This document shows, piece after piece, positions 51,811-61,515 of a stretch of 64,000 bases of DNA (positions are counted from its first letter, which is position 1; each line of letters begins with the position of its first letter). The notes beneath the pieces were generated by a model. That model was not told where the DNA came from, ran no database searches, and was given only the letters and a program-made list of their open reading frames with translations. Both the position numbers and the translations under genes were made by a program. This DNA is from an uncultured Planctomycetales bacterium (lineage in GTDB: Bacteria > Omnitrophota > Gorgyraeia > Gygaellales > Profunditerraquicolaceae), in assembly GCA_964542785.1 (NCBI GenBank), contig CAZIUK010000002.1, forward strand, positions 155,416 to 219,415, written 5' to 3'.

Positions 51811-52328
51811 CAGAGAAGATAATTATAGCCGGAAGTGGAGGACAAGGTATTATGCTTTTAGGTAAGGTTATGGCAGAGGCGGCTATGGATGGAGGGAAAT
51901 TTGTTACTTGGCTTCCTGCTTATGGTGCTGAGGTTAGGGGAGGTACTGCGCATTGTATGTTAGTTATCTCGGATAATGAAATCGGCTCTCCTTATGTTGA
52001 TAAGGCAGATATCTTGATTATTATGAATAATCTTTCTTACGAGAAATTTAGGTTGAGAGTGAATAAAAATGGTAGGGTAATTGTTAATAGTTCTTTGGTT
52101 AGCTTGGGAAAAAATAAACAAATAAAGCAAGCTCCGTTTACTGATATTGCGTTAAAATTAGGCAATGTGAAAGTAGCGAATATGGTGGTATTAGGCAGTT
52201 ATTTAAAGTTTAGTAAAACTCTTCAAGAAAAGAACGTATTAAGGGCGATACGTAAAATGGCTCCCGCAGATAAAAAAGGTCTTATAAAGATAAATGAGAA
52301 GGCTTTACAGGCAGGGAGGGCTTTATAG
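51807..52328 (+). CDS. 2-oxoacid:ferredoxin oxidoreductase gamma subunit
   Basis: The 173-aa ORF has the PorC/KorC-like IIIAGSGGQGIM motif. Gene order is delta-alpha-beta-gamma. Confidence 0.8.
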   Translation: MTEKIIIAGSGGQGIMLLGKVMAEAAMDGGKFVTWLPAYGAEVRGGTAHCMLVISDNEIGSPYVDKADILIIMNNLSYEKFRLRVNKNGRVIVNSSLVSLGKNKQIKQAPFTDIALKLGNVKVANMVVLGSYLKFSKTLQEKNVLRAIRKMAPADKKGLIKINEKALQAGRAL

Positions 52329-53623
52329 TGGTTAGGGTAAGGTTTGCTCCAAGCCCGACGGGCAATTTACATATAGGCGGCGGACGGACTGCGCTTTTTA
52401 ATTGGCTTTATGCAAAGGCGAGGGCAGGCAAGTTTATTTTAAGGATAGAAGATACGGATAAATTACGTTCTAAACAGGAGTTCGTAGATGAGATATTAGA
52501 TAGCTTGCAGTGGCTTGGGTTTAGCTGGGATGAGATATACTATCAGAGTCAGCACCCGGATACCTACAATGATTTTGCCCAAAAACTTCTTAAGTTAGGT
52601 AAGGCATATATAGAGAAGTCCCCAGAGAAAAAGGGCGAAGCGATAATATTTAAAGTAACCCCGCAGAAGATAAAGGTTTGTGATTTAATTCGCGGAGAGA
52701 TTGAATTTGACTCAGAGGTGATAAAAGATCAGGTCTTGATAAAGTCAGACGGAACTCCTACCTATAACTTTGCTTGTGTTGTAGATGATGCGACAACTGA
52801 TATAACCCATGTAATCCGCGGAGATGACCATATATCTAATACACCTAAACAATTACTCTTGTATCAAGCATTAGGTTTTAAGCCTCCTCTCTTTGCTCAC
52901 CTTCCGTTGATTTTAGGCATGGAAGGAGGTAGGCTTTCTAAGAGGACAGGGGCGACTGCGATAAGCGATTATCGGACAATGGGGTATTTACCAAAAGCCT
53001 TGGTTAATTACCTTCTGCTTTTAAGTTGGGCTCCAGGAGAGAACCGAGAGATTATTGATATAGATGAAGCTGTAAAGTTATTTGATTTATCCTGCGTAAA
53101 TAAAACCGCAGCTACATTTGATTTAAAAAAATTAGGATGGGTAAATAATCAGTATATTAAAAATGAGAACAGTGTTAAACTCCTTGAACAACTAATCCCT
53201 CTATTGAAAGAAAGGGGGTATATTAAAGAAGGTGATTTTGATAGGAATTATCTTCTCTCTTTGATAGAATTATTTAAGCCGAGGCTTGGACTGGTTAATG
53301 ATTTTTGCGATTGGGCAGATTTCTTCTTTTTAGAAGAGATTAGTATTGAGCCTAAGGCAAAAGAGAAGTATTTAAATAAGGATTTTTCGCATGAATTTTC
53401 TCTTTTCTCTGAACGGCTTAAGGCATTAAAGAAAATTGATATTGTTAGTATTGAGGAGAGTTTCCGTAGCCTGGTAGGCGAGTTGGGGATTGAAGCAAGA
53501 GTCTTGATACACCCGGTAAGGGTTGCGCTTACCGGAAAGACTATAGGTCCGGGGTTATTTGAGGTGATATATTATTTAGGCATTGATAGAACAATTAAGA
53601 GGTTAACAAGGTTTATAAAATAA
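52328..53623 (+). CDS. gltX: Glutamate--tRNA ligase (short form)
   Basis: The 431-aa ORF has class I motifs HIGG (APSPTGNLHIGGGRTALFNW) and KLSKR-like (RLSKRTG). Confidence 0.82.
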   Translation: MVRVRFAPSPTGNLHIGGGRTALFNWLYAKARAGKFILRIEDTDKLRSKQEFVDEILDSLQWLGFSWDEIYYQSQHPDTYNDFAQKLLKLGKAYIEKSPEKKGEAIIFKVTPQKIKVCDLIRGEIEFDSEVIKDQVLIKSDGTPTYNFACVVDDATTDITHVIRGDDHISNTPKQLLLYQALGFKPPLFAHLPLILGMEGGRLSKRTGATAISDYRTMGYLPKALVNYLLLLSWAPGENREIIDIDEAVKLFDLSCVNKTAATFDLKKLGWVNNQYIKNENSVKLLEQLIPLLKERGYIKEGDFDRNYLLSLIELFKPRLGLVNDFCDWADFFFLEEISIEPKAKEKYLNKDFSHEFSLFSERLKALKKIDIVSIEESFRSLVGELGIEARVLIHPVRVALTGKTIGPGLFEVIYYLGIDRTIKRLTRFIK

Positions 53624-53637
53624 AAAGGCAGGTACAC

Positions 53638-54261
53638 ATGAAAAAAATAACTATCTTTATTTTAATAAACCTGTTTTTTATACCTTATCTTTTTGCGGAG
53701 ACAATTTTACTTAAAACCGGCCAAAGCATAGAGGGTAATATTACAGAAAGGGCAGACGAGTATATAAAAGTAAGTTTTCAAGGAGTGGATTTAATCTACT
53801 ACAATGATGAGATTGAGAGTATTTCTAAAAAAGAGGTAAGTTTAATCTCTCCAGGGAAAGGGCTTGGTTTTAAGCCGGCGTATTCTCTTATTGATTTTTC
53901 TGCTCTTGCAGAGCACTATCCTGTTGAAGCCGGGAAGGAATTATCCGAAGATAATGCCTATACGGGGGATACTATTGTTAAAAGCCCACTGAGCGTTCCA
54001 TCCGTTATGCCCTTAGAAGCAAATGACGCCGCCAAACAAGCATTATCGGAGAATTTAGACGCACCTTCTATAACATCTGGGCTTCCTCTTGAATATCAGC
54101 AGATAATTAAATCTATCCAGAGTAATCCTGATAATTTATCCACCATGCTTTCTAATTTGCCGAATGAGTATCGTATCGCTATTGAAACAACTATGAAAAA
54201 TATACCACAAACGCAAGCGCATGGCGTAGATGTAGAAGAGGTTGAAGTAGAAAAAGAGTAA
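53638..54261 (+). CDS. Hypothetical secreted protein (signal peptide, acidic C-terminus)
   Basis: The 207-aa ORF has the signal peptide MKKITIFILINLFFIPYLFA. I do not recognise a domain. Confidence 0.4.
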   Translation: MKKITIFILINLFFIPYLFAETILLKTGQSIEGNITERADEYIKVSFQGVDLIYYNDEIESISKKEVSLISPGKGLGFKPAYSLIDFSALAEHYPVEAGKELSEDNAYTGDTIVKSPLSVPSVMPLEANDAAKQALSENLDAPSITSGLPLEYQQIIKSIQSNPDNLSTMLSNLPNEYRIAIETTMKNIPQTQAHGVDVEEVEVEKE

Positions 54262-54268
54262 TTGTTTT

Positions 54269-54340
54269 TGCCCTGTCGTCTAATCGGTAGGACTTCAGAT
54301 TCTGGATCTGACTATCATGGTTCGAGTCCATGCGGGGCAG
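54269..54340 (+). tRNA. tRNA-Gln (anticodon CUG)
   Basis: TGCCCTGTCGTCTAATCGGTAGGACTTCAGATTCTGGATCTGACTATCATGGTTCGAGTCCATGCGGGGCAG. It has a U1-A72 pair, which is typical of bacterial tRNA-Gln. The anticodon loop is TTCTGGA. Confidence 0.8.
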
Positions 54341-54372
54341 TTAACTATTTGATAAAAAATAAGGAAGATTTT

Positions 54373-55821
54373 ATGGGATTAGAGACGATATTGCTTTGGG
54401 TTGCGGTTTTAATATTCGTAAGCGCTATTTCAAGCAAACTTTCGGATAGGTTTGCCATACCTGCTTTGCTACTTTTTTTAGTTATTGGGATGCTCGTTGG
54501 TTCTGAAGGGTTAGGGAAGATTTATTTTGACAATGCGCATCTAGCAAAATCCATTGGGATTGTTGCGCTTATCTTTATTATCTTTTCTGGTGGGCTTGAT
54601 ACTAATTGGAGAGAGACTAAACCCGTTCTTTGGCAGGGGGTAATCCTCTCTACCGCAGGAGTATTGTTGACCGCGCTTATAACAGGTATCTTTGCCGTTT
54701 ATATCTTTAGATTCTCTCTCTTAGAAGGGCTACTCTTAGGCTCTATAGTCTCCTCTACCGATGCTGCGGCAGTATTTAGTATCTTGCGCTCTAAACGTAT
54801 AAGCTTAAAACAGCCTTTAAAACCTTTGCTTGAATTTGAATCTGGAAGCAACGATCCGATGGCAGTATTTTTGACCGCAGGTTTTCTTAGTATTATAATT
54901 GCAAGGGATGCGAATATTTTTTCTTTGGTCCCTAGGTTTTTTATGGATATGGGGATGGGTGCAGCTATAGGATATCTAATGGCTAAGATTACCGTATTTT
55001 CTATCAGTCGGCTTAAGTTGTATTATGAAGGGCTTTATCCTGCAGTGATGATATCTTTAGTCCTTTTAACTTATGTAGTCGCCGTATCTTTAAAAGGCAA
55101 TGGGATATTAGCTGTCTATGTCGCTGGTTTAATGCTTGGCCGGGCAGAATTCCCGAATAAAAGAATGATTTTAAAATTCCATGATGGTTTAGCTTGGTTG
55201 ATGCAGATTACGATGTTTGTGACTTTGGGGCTGCTTGTTTTTCCTTCACAAATCTTGCCATTGATAAAACCGGGGCTTTTGTTGGCATCTCTTCTTATGG
55301 TAGTTGCCCGGCCCGTAAGCGTATTACTTTGCCTTTTGCCATTTAAGATGAAGATGCGTAAGAAGATTATGGTTGCTTGGGTAGGGCTCAGAGGGTCGGT
55401 CCCCATTATTTTAGCGACCTTTCCTTTTATGGCTGGGATTGCACAGGCAGGGGTTATTTTTAATATCGTTTTTTTTATTGTTATCGCTTCAGTTCTTATC
55501 CAAGGAACATCGATTCCTATTGTTTCTAAAATGTTAAAGGTAGCTGCTCCGTGGATTGATAAAGCACGTTATCCCATTGAATTTGAAAAAACAAAGAACA
55601 TTGACGCAGAGTTAACTGATATAATAGTTCCGTATAATTCAATTTCTGTAGGTAAGATGATTCGTGATTTAAAGGTTCCTGAGAAATGCCTTATTATGCT
55701 TATCTCAAGAAATGATAGATTTATTATTCCTGCCGGACCTACGGTTATAGAAGGCGGGGATGTTTTGTTGGTACTTGCTAATAAAGATGATCTTGCTGTT
55801 TTTCAAAGGACTTTAGCATAA
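54373..55821 (+). CDS. NhaP-type (CPA1) K+/Na+:H+ antiporter with a C-terminal TrkA-C domain
   Basis: The real start is the ATG at 54373 with an AAGGAAG RBS; the ORF-track start at 54262 would read through tRNA-Gln. The protein has 12-13 TM helices plus an RCK_C domain. Confidence 0.8.
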   Translation: MGLETILLWVAVLIFVSAISSKLSDRFAIPALLLFLVIGMLVGSEGLGKIYFDNAHLAKSIGIVALIFIIFSGGLDTNWRETKPVLWQGVILSTAGVLLTALITGIFAVYIFRFSLLEGLLLGSIVSSTDAAAVFSILRSKRISLKQPLKPLLEFESGSNDPMAVFLTAGFLSIIIARDANIFSLVPRFFMDMGMGAAIGYLMAKITVFSISRLKLYYEGLYPAVMISLVLLTYVVAVSLKGNGILAVYVAGLMLGRAEFPNKRMILKFHDGLAWLMQITMFVTLGLLVFPSQILPLIKPGLLLASLLMVVARPVSVLLCLLPFKMKMRKKIMVAWVGLRGSVPIILATFPFMAGIAQAGVIFNIVFFIVIASVLIQGTSIPIVSKMLKVAAPWIDKARYPIEFEKTKNIDAELTDIIVPYNSISVGKMIRDLKVPEKCLIMLISRNDRFIIPAGPTVIEGGDVLLVLANKDDLAVFQRTLA

Positions 55822-55845
55822 AATGCTAAAAAGAAAAAAGTAAAA

Positions 55846-56514
55846 ATGCGTATTCTCTTAGTTGAAGATGAGATTAAGATGGCAAATTTTATTGCTCGCG
55901 GCTTAAAAGAAGAAGATTATGTGGTTGATATAGCCTGCGATGGACAAGAGGCATTATTTCAAGCTGAGATAAATCCGTATGACCTTATTATACTTGATGT
56001 TATGCTTCCACTTAAAGATGGTATTTCTGTTTGTCGTGAGCTTAGAAGTAAAGGAATAAATGTGCCTATCCTGATGCTTACCTCTAAAGATAGGGTGAGG
56101 GATAAAGTTTTAGGGTTAAATTCGGGAGCCGATGATTATTTAGCAAAGCCTTTTGCTTTTGAAGAGTTGTTAGCTAGGATTAGCGCGTTATTGCGCCGTG
56201 AAAATAAAGATAAAACCGGTATTATTAGAGTCGGAGATTTAGAGATGGATAAGCTTAAGCACAAAGTTACTAGGGCAGGAAAAGAAATTAAATTAACCAG
56301 TAAGGAATTTGCACTTTTAGAATACCTTATGCTTAACGCTTCTTGTGTTGTTACGAGGACGATGATATCCGAGCATGTATGGCACGAAGATTTTGATAGT
56401 TTTACTAATGTAATTGATGTCTACATGAATTTTTTACGCAAAAAGATTGATAAGGGATACAAAAAAAAGTTAATCCATACTATCCATGGTAAGGGTTATC
56501 TTTTAAAAGAGTAG
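55846..56514 (+). CDS. OmpR-family response regulator (REC plus winged-helix)
   Basis: The 222-aa ORF has the Asp pocket motifs DEIK and ILDVMLP. Confidence 0.85.
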   Translation: MRILLVEDEIKMANFIARGLKEEDYVVDIACDGQEALFQAEINPYDLIILDVMLPLKDGISVCRELRSKGINVPILMLTSKDRVRDKVLGLNSGADDYLAKPFAFEELLARISALLRRENKDKTGIIRVGDLEMDKLKHKVTRAGKEIKLTSKEFALLEYLMLNASCVVTRTMISEHVWHEDFDSFTNVIDVYMNFLRKKIDKGYKKKLIHTIHGKGYLLKE

Positions 56515-56516
56515 CC

Positions 56517-57545
56517 ATGCGTACTAAAACGATAAAATTTAAAGTTTGTCTGTTATATGTATTCATCTTAGGAGTTGTCTTATCAATCTATATCGGAATA
56601 TTTTTTCTTTTACCTGGGAGGATTTTACAGGGTAATAAACTCCCTTTTATACTATTGCCTATACCTTTAACTTTGTTATTTGGTTATTTTATCGGGTATC
56701 TAATAATATCACGGATATTAAAACCGATTAAAATAATGACTGATACGGTAAAGAATATTACCCATGAAGATTTAAGCCTAAGGCTAAAAACTGAAAATGT
56801 AGACGAGGAGTTGGGGCGCTTGATTGAGGCTTTTAATGATATGATTCTTCGCCTGAGTGAATCTTTTGAGTATATAACTGATTCAAGTTCATACATTGCC
56901 CATGAGCTTAAAACACCGATAGCTATAATTAGGGGGGAATCAGAGTTTGCCTTAAAAAAAGAACGGGAGAAAGAAGAGTATAAAAGGGTTATCAGCGTAA
57001 GCTTAGAAGAGACTAAGAGGATGCTTAAAATTATTGAGGATTTGCTTCTTTTAACTAGAATGAACTACCAGCCCGATGTTTTAAAGTTTGAGCCGGTTGA
57101 TTTAACAGAGTTTATCCGCGTTATCTATGAGCAGGCAAAGGTCTTAGCATTGAAAAAGGATATAGTGGTAAAATTAGCCGTTCCGCAAGAATCCCGTATG
57201 GTAAATGCCGATGAACTACATTTAAGGCGACTATTTTTTAACTTAATAGACAATGCGATTAAATTTACTTTTACAGGCGGGAGTATAACGATGCAATTAA
57301 TATATGAAGGGCAAAAAGCCTTTGTTTCTATAATTGATACGGGAATTGGGATTAAGGAAGAGAATCTACCAAAGCTTTTTGATAAATTTTTCCGTATCGA
57401 TACAATTATTAAAGATACTTCTCCGAGTAGTGGGTTAGGTTTAAGCATTGCCCAATCAATAGCTCAACTACATAAGGGAGAGATAGCAGTTACCGGTTCC
57501 TCTGAGCAGGGAACAAATTTTACTGTTTCCCTTCCTATTTTTTAG
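56517..57545 (+). CDS. Sensor histidine kinase (2 TM, HAMP, HisKA, HATPase_c)
   Basis: The 342-aa ORF has the H-box AHELKTPIA, the N-box IDNAIKFT and the G-boxes DTGIGI and GLGLSIA. Confidence 0.85.
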   Translation: MRTKTIKFKVCLLYVFILGVVLSIYIGIFFLLPGRILQGNKLPFILLPIPLTLLFGYFIGYLIISRILKPIKIMTDTVKNITHEDLSLRLKTENVDEELGRLIEAFNDMILRLSESFEYITDSSSYIAHELKTPIAIIRGESEFALKKEREKEEYKRVISVSLEETKRMLKIIEDLLLLTRMNYQPDVLKFEPVDLTEFIRVIYEQAKVLALKKDIVVKLAVPQESRMVNADELHLRRLFFNLIDNAIKFTFTGGSITMQLIYEGQKAFVSIIDTGIGIKEENLPKLFDKFFRIDTIIKDTSPSSGLGLSIAQSIAQLHKGEIAVTGSSEQGTNFTVSLPIF

Positions 57546-57745
57546 CGGGATTTTTATTCATTTATATTTGCTTTAACTTTCTTAAATTATTAATTTTTTT
57601 AATTTATTTTTAACTTTTTTTTAATTGAGGTTGTGTTATATTTTTATAGTTTAAAAAAGTAAAATGGATAGTTATAAAAAATACCTTAAGCGCAGGTGGA
57701 GGTAGAGGTTAATTTTGTGGTTACACGTTAAATTAAGGAGAGAAA

Positions 57746-58474
57746 ATGACAAGAATCCTTATTGTTGAAGACGAAGAAAGAGTAAGAAAAATGTATAGCG
57801 CCATGCTTAAAAATGAAGGGTTTGATGTTATAGAAGCACCCGATGCCATAGAGGCTTCCAATATACTTAATAAAGAGCCGATAGATATAATGCTTTTGGA
57901 TATCAATATGCCACAGGTTTATGGGAGTGTTTTTTTTGAAGTAGCGCAGAATTTTCATAAAAAAGTTAAAGTTATTGTTGCTAGTGTTTATTCTGTTGAT
58001 GAGCAGAAGAAGATGATTAAAGGAGCCGAGGATTATTATGATAAGTCGCAAGGACTTGATTTGTTGTTGGAGAAAATCAAAAGGCTTCAGTTTAGCCTTA
58101 TCCGGCAGACAAGCATACTTGTAATTGATGATGAACCTAGGATTAGAAAGATTTACCGCCACTATTTACAGGAAAACGGCTATCGTATAATTGAGGCTCA
58201 TAACGGAAACGTTGGGTTGGATATATTAAGAAGGAGTAAAGAGGTAGCTTTAGTAATCCTTGATCTTGCTATGCCGCAGAAAAGCGGGCTTGAAATTTAC
58301 GAACAGATGAAAAAAGAATTTCCGGGGATAAAAATAATTATTTCTAGCGTATTTAGCCAAGATGACCAGAAGCAGTTATTACCTGGTGCTGATGGGTATT
58401 ATGATAAATCAGAGAATGCAGCCGGATTAATAGAAAAGATTAAAATCTTGATAGGAACAAATAGCCCTGCTTAA
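57746..58474 (+). CDS. Tandem receiver-domain protein (REC-REC, no output domain)
   Basis: The 242-aa ORF has two REC modules, each with an acidic pocket (VEDEE and LLDINMP; IDDEP and ILDLAMP). Confidence 0.75.
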   Translation: MTRILIVEDEERVRKMYSAMLKNEGFDVIEAPDAIEASNILNKEPIDIMLLDINMPQVYGSVFFEVAQNFHKKVKVIVASVYSVDEQKKMIKGAEDYYDKSQGLDLLLEKIKRLQFSLIRQTSILVIDDEPRIRKIYRHYLQENGYRIIEAHNGNVGLDILRRSKEVALVILDLAMPQKSGLEIYEQMKKEFPGIKIIISSVFSQDDQKQLLPGADGYYDKSENAAGLIEKIKILIGTNSPA

Positions 58475-58524
58475 TTAAAATTATCGCTGCTGGAGAGTTT
58501 TGAGAACAAAGAGGAGAGTAGTTT

Positions 58525-59061
58525 ATGCAATTATATATAACGCAAAGTCTTTATCTTCAAATAGCTATTCCTTTTTTGATTTTTATTCTTCGGGCGGCGG
58601 ATGTGAGTATGTCAGCGATGAGGATTATCTTTGTTACCCGGGGAGTAAGGTTTTTGGCTGCTGTAGTAGGGTTCTTTGAGATGTTGATTTGGCTTGTAGG
58701 GATTACCCAGATAATGCAAAACTTAAATAACCCAGTTAATTATATTGCTTTTGCCTCCGGATTTAGTTTAGGAACCTTTGTGGGTATAACTATAGAAAAA
58801 AAGATAGCCATAGGTAACATATCCGTTCAGTTTATTACGGATAAAGACCCTTCTGAATTATTAAGGCATTTTCGCGATAATGGGTATGGTTTGACAACAA
58901 TAGATGCGCAGGGAGCATTTGGTCCGGTAAAAATAATTTTTATTATAGTCAGGCGTAAATTATTAGAGAAAGCATTATGCGCAATAAAAAAGTTTGACTC
59001 AAATGCTTTCTATGCTATTGGAGATGTGCGGGCATCAGCACGTCCGGGGTCTTTTATCTAA
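58525..59061 (+). CDS. DUF2179-domain membrane protein (UPF0316-like)
   Basis: The 178-aa ORF has three N-terminal TM helices followed by a soluble C-terminal domain. The family call is tentative. Confidence 0.45.
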   Translation: MQLYITQSLYLQIAIPFLIFILRAADVSMSAMRIIFVTRGVRFLAAVVGFFEMLIWLVGITQIMQNLNNPVNYIAFASGFSLGTFVGITIEKKIAIGNISVQFITDKDPSELLRHFRDNGYGLTTIDAQGAFGPVKIIFIIVRRKLLEKALCAIKKFDSNAFYAIGDVRASARPGSFI

Positions 59062-59101
59062 TTTAAATTATACTAGAGACAGGATTTAAGGAGAAAGAGG
59101 A

Positions 59102-59620
59102 ATGAAGGACAAGAAGATTTTTATAACAAAGCAGGATTACGTCCGCCTTAAAGAAGTAATTAAAAATATGATATCCCGCCAAGGAGTTGACCAGCGTTCT
59201 CTTGATGAATTGGAAGATAGCTTTTGTAAGAGAGACGAGCAGGAGTTGGTTAAAGAGTTAAGAAGAGCAAAAAACCCTAAAAGCAACGCAGAGTGGGAGC
59301 GACTTAAAGAGCTTGAGGCTGAGCTTGAGAGGGCGGTCATAGTAGATATTAATAAAATTCCCAAAGATGTGGTTACTATGAATTCAAAGGTTTGCCTTAA
59401 GGATATGGATACAGGCAAAGATGAATCTTATCATTTAGTCTATCCTGAGGATGCGGATATAGAACAAAATAAAATTTCTATTTTAGCCCCTATCGGCACA
59501 GCGATAATGGGGTATAAGGTGGGGGATATTATTGAATGGCAAGTACCGGCAGGATTAAGAAGGCTTAAGATTAAAAAGATATTATATCAGCCAGAGGCAG
59601 AAAAAGAGTACCATCTTTAA
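59102..59620 (+). CDS. GreA/GreB-family transcription elongation factor-like protein
   Basis: The 172-aa ORF has an N-terminal coiled coil and a C-terminal FKBP-like domain (ISILAPIGTAIMGYKVGDIIEWQVPAG). Confidence 0.6.
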   Translation: MKDKKIFITKQDYVRLKEVIKNMISRQGVDQRSLDELEDSFCKRDEQELVKELRRAKNPKSNAEWERLKELEAELERAVIVDINKIPKDVVTMNSKVCLKDMDTGKDESYHLVYPEDADIEQNKISILAPIGTAIMGYKVGDIIEWQVPAGLRRLKIKKILYQPEAEKEYHL

Positions 59621-59633
59621 ATATGTTTAAATT

Positions 59634-60986
59634 ATGGATAAGAACATTATAAAAAAGGCAGAAAAGTTAATAATCCAAAGAAGGTTTTCTAGCCTTAAAG
59701 AAGTTATCCCGCAGCATCCGGAAGATATAGCTTTTCTTATCTCTGGTATTTCTAATCCCTCTTGGAAGATGATTGTCTTCCGGATGATTCCCCCTGAAAT
59801 AGCCGTAGAGGTTTTTATGGATTTTCCTGTAGAAAAGCAGGAAGAGATGCTTAAGGATTTGACGTCTTCTGAAATCAAGGCTATTTTAAATGAGATGTCG
59901 GTTGACGATAGGACTGAGCTATTTGAAGAGATGCCCGCGGAGTTAGTTAAAAAATTTATGAGTTACCTATATTATGAAGAGCGGGAGATAACCCGTCAAA
60001 TACTTAATTATCCTGAAAACTCCGTAGGAAGGTTGATGACCCCGGATTTTGTCCAGCTTTACGAAGATATGACGGTCGAAGAGGCGTTAGAACACATAAA
60101 GCAGATAGGGTTAAAAAAAGAGACAATCTATCATGCCTATGTTTTGACTTCTGCTAAGAAGCTGATAGGGGTAGCGTCGCTTAAAAAGATAGTCTTGGCC
60201 CAAAGAGGGACATTGATAAAAGAAATTATGTTCAAAGATGTAAAAAAGATTAATGTATATCAGGACCAAGAAGAAGCGATAAGTATCTTTAAAAAATATG
60301 ACCTCTTAGCTTTACCGGTTATAGATAGTAATGATAAATTGTTAGGGATAATCACCTTTGATGACTTAATAGATATTATTGATGAGGAGGCTACGGAGGA
60401 TTTCCAAAGGATTGCTGCAGTTGTCCCTATAGAGAAGCCCTATCTTCGGGATGATTTGCTTAATATACTCTGGAAGAGGAGTTTTTGGCTTGTCTTGTTG
60501 GTGGTTTTAGGCTCTGCTTCAGGATTTATTCTTCAGAAATTCCAGTTTGCTATGCAAAGATGCATTGCCTTAAGTTTTTTTCTTCCTATGCTTGTTGATA
60601 CAGGAGGTAACGCAGGGACCCAGTCTTCAACGATAGTTATCAGGAGTTTAGCGGTAGGAGAGATAAGGGTAGGTGATTTTCTCAAAGTAGTTTTAAGGGA
60701 GTCAATGTTGGGGATATTTCTTGGCGCTATTTTAGCCTTGGCGTCTATACTGAGGGTATTCTTTCAGGAGTTTAATTGGAGTTTAAGCTTTTCTGTGGGG
60801 ATATCTATGGGGCTGACTGTGACTATTTCCGCAATAATAGGCGCCGGTTTACCTATATTATTAAAAAGGATTAAATTAGATCCTGCGTTAATGAGTGGGC
60901 CTCTACTTACGACAATAATAGATATTTTAGGCATTATTATATACTTCTGGATTGCAAACAGGTTTTTATTTTTACTTAACGCCTAA
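59634..60986 (+). CDS. mgtE: Magnesium transporter MgtE
   Basis: The 450-aa ORF has the MgtE_N domain, a CBS pair and a five-TM MgtE domain (DTGGNAGTQSST). Confidence 0.9.
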   Translation: MDKNIIKKAEKLIIQRRFSSLKEVIPQHPEDIAFLISGISNPSWKMIVFRMIPPEIAVEVFMDFPVEKQEEMLKDLTSSEIKAILNEMSVDDRTELFEEMPAELVKKFMSYLYYEEREITRQILNYPENSVGRLMTPDFVQLYEDMTVEEALEHIKQIGLKKETIYHAYVLTSAKKLIGVASLKKIVLAQRGTLIKEIMFKDVKKINVYQDQEEAISIFKKYDLLALPVIDSNDKLLGIITFDDLIDIIDEEATEDFQRIAAVVPIEKPYLRDDLLNILWKRSFWLVLLVVLGSASGFILQKFQFAMQRCIALSFFLPMLVDTGGNAGTQSSTIVIRSLAVGEIRVGDFLKVVLRESMLGIFLGAILALASILRVFFQEFNWSLSFSVGISMGLTVTISAIIGAGLPILLKRIKLDPALMSGPLLTTIIDILGIIIYFWIANRFLFLLNA

Positions 60987-61038
60987 AAAACAAGGAGGGT
61001 AATAAAACCCTTAAAAGATAAGTATAAGATTAAGAGTA

Positions 61039-61356
61039 ATGACGGAAAATAAGATGCTGAAAGTTTTTAAATTAATTGTTGCTATCCTCCCGAAAGGAAA
61101 AGTAAAGAGATTGATGCCTATTATTAAGAACGCCGGTATTTTCGGTGCTACTAAGTTTTCTGGTAAGGGGATGTGTACGCCAGAGGGAAGGCGTCTGCTT
61201 AAACTGCGCGTAGATTCATCAAGGGATATTCTTCTTATTCTTACTTTGGAGGCTAATAAAGATAAGCTTATTAAATTACTGGAAGAGCACGGAAATTTGA
61301 AAGATCCAGGCGAAGGGATAGTCTTTGTAGTGGATATATCCGAAGTAGTTGGATAG
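61039..61356 (+). CDS. P-II-like (GlnB-fold) small signalling protein, putative
   Basis: The 105-aa ORF shows a beta-alpha-beta pattern, KLIVAILPKGKVKRLMPIIKNAGIFGATKFSGKG, resembling P-II. The call is tentative. Confidence 0.4.
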   Translation: MTENKMLKVFKLIVAILPKGKVKRLMPIIKNAGIFGATKFSGKGMCTPEGRRLLKLRVDSSRDILLILTLEANKDKLIKLLEEHGNLKDPGEGIVFVVDISEVVG

Positions 61357-61515
61357 AAAAGAGCTTGTTTTAACCTTCATATTGGTTTTTCTAAGGTATT
61401 TCCTTCTTGAGTATAGTGAAATGAGTGATAAAATATACTAAGCTGATAAATAGCTTATAGGGAAAGGTAGTATTTGGTTAGGGGGGTAGTTATTTAAAAA
61501 TAGTTACTTTAGAAA

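Noticed and set aside
57728-58162. 144-aa minus-strand ORF
   Set aside because: It is antisense to the tandem-REC gene and extends into the AT-rich spacer. It has an F/I/N-rich low-complexity composition.
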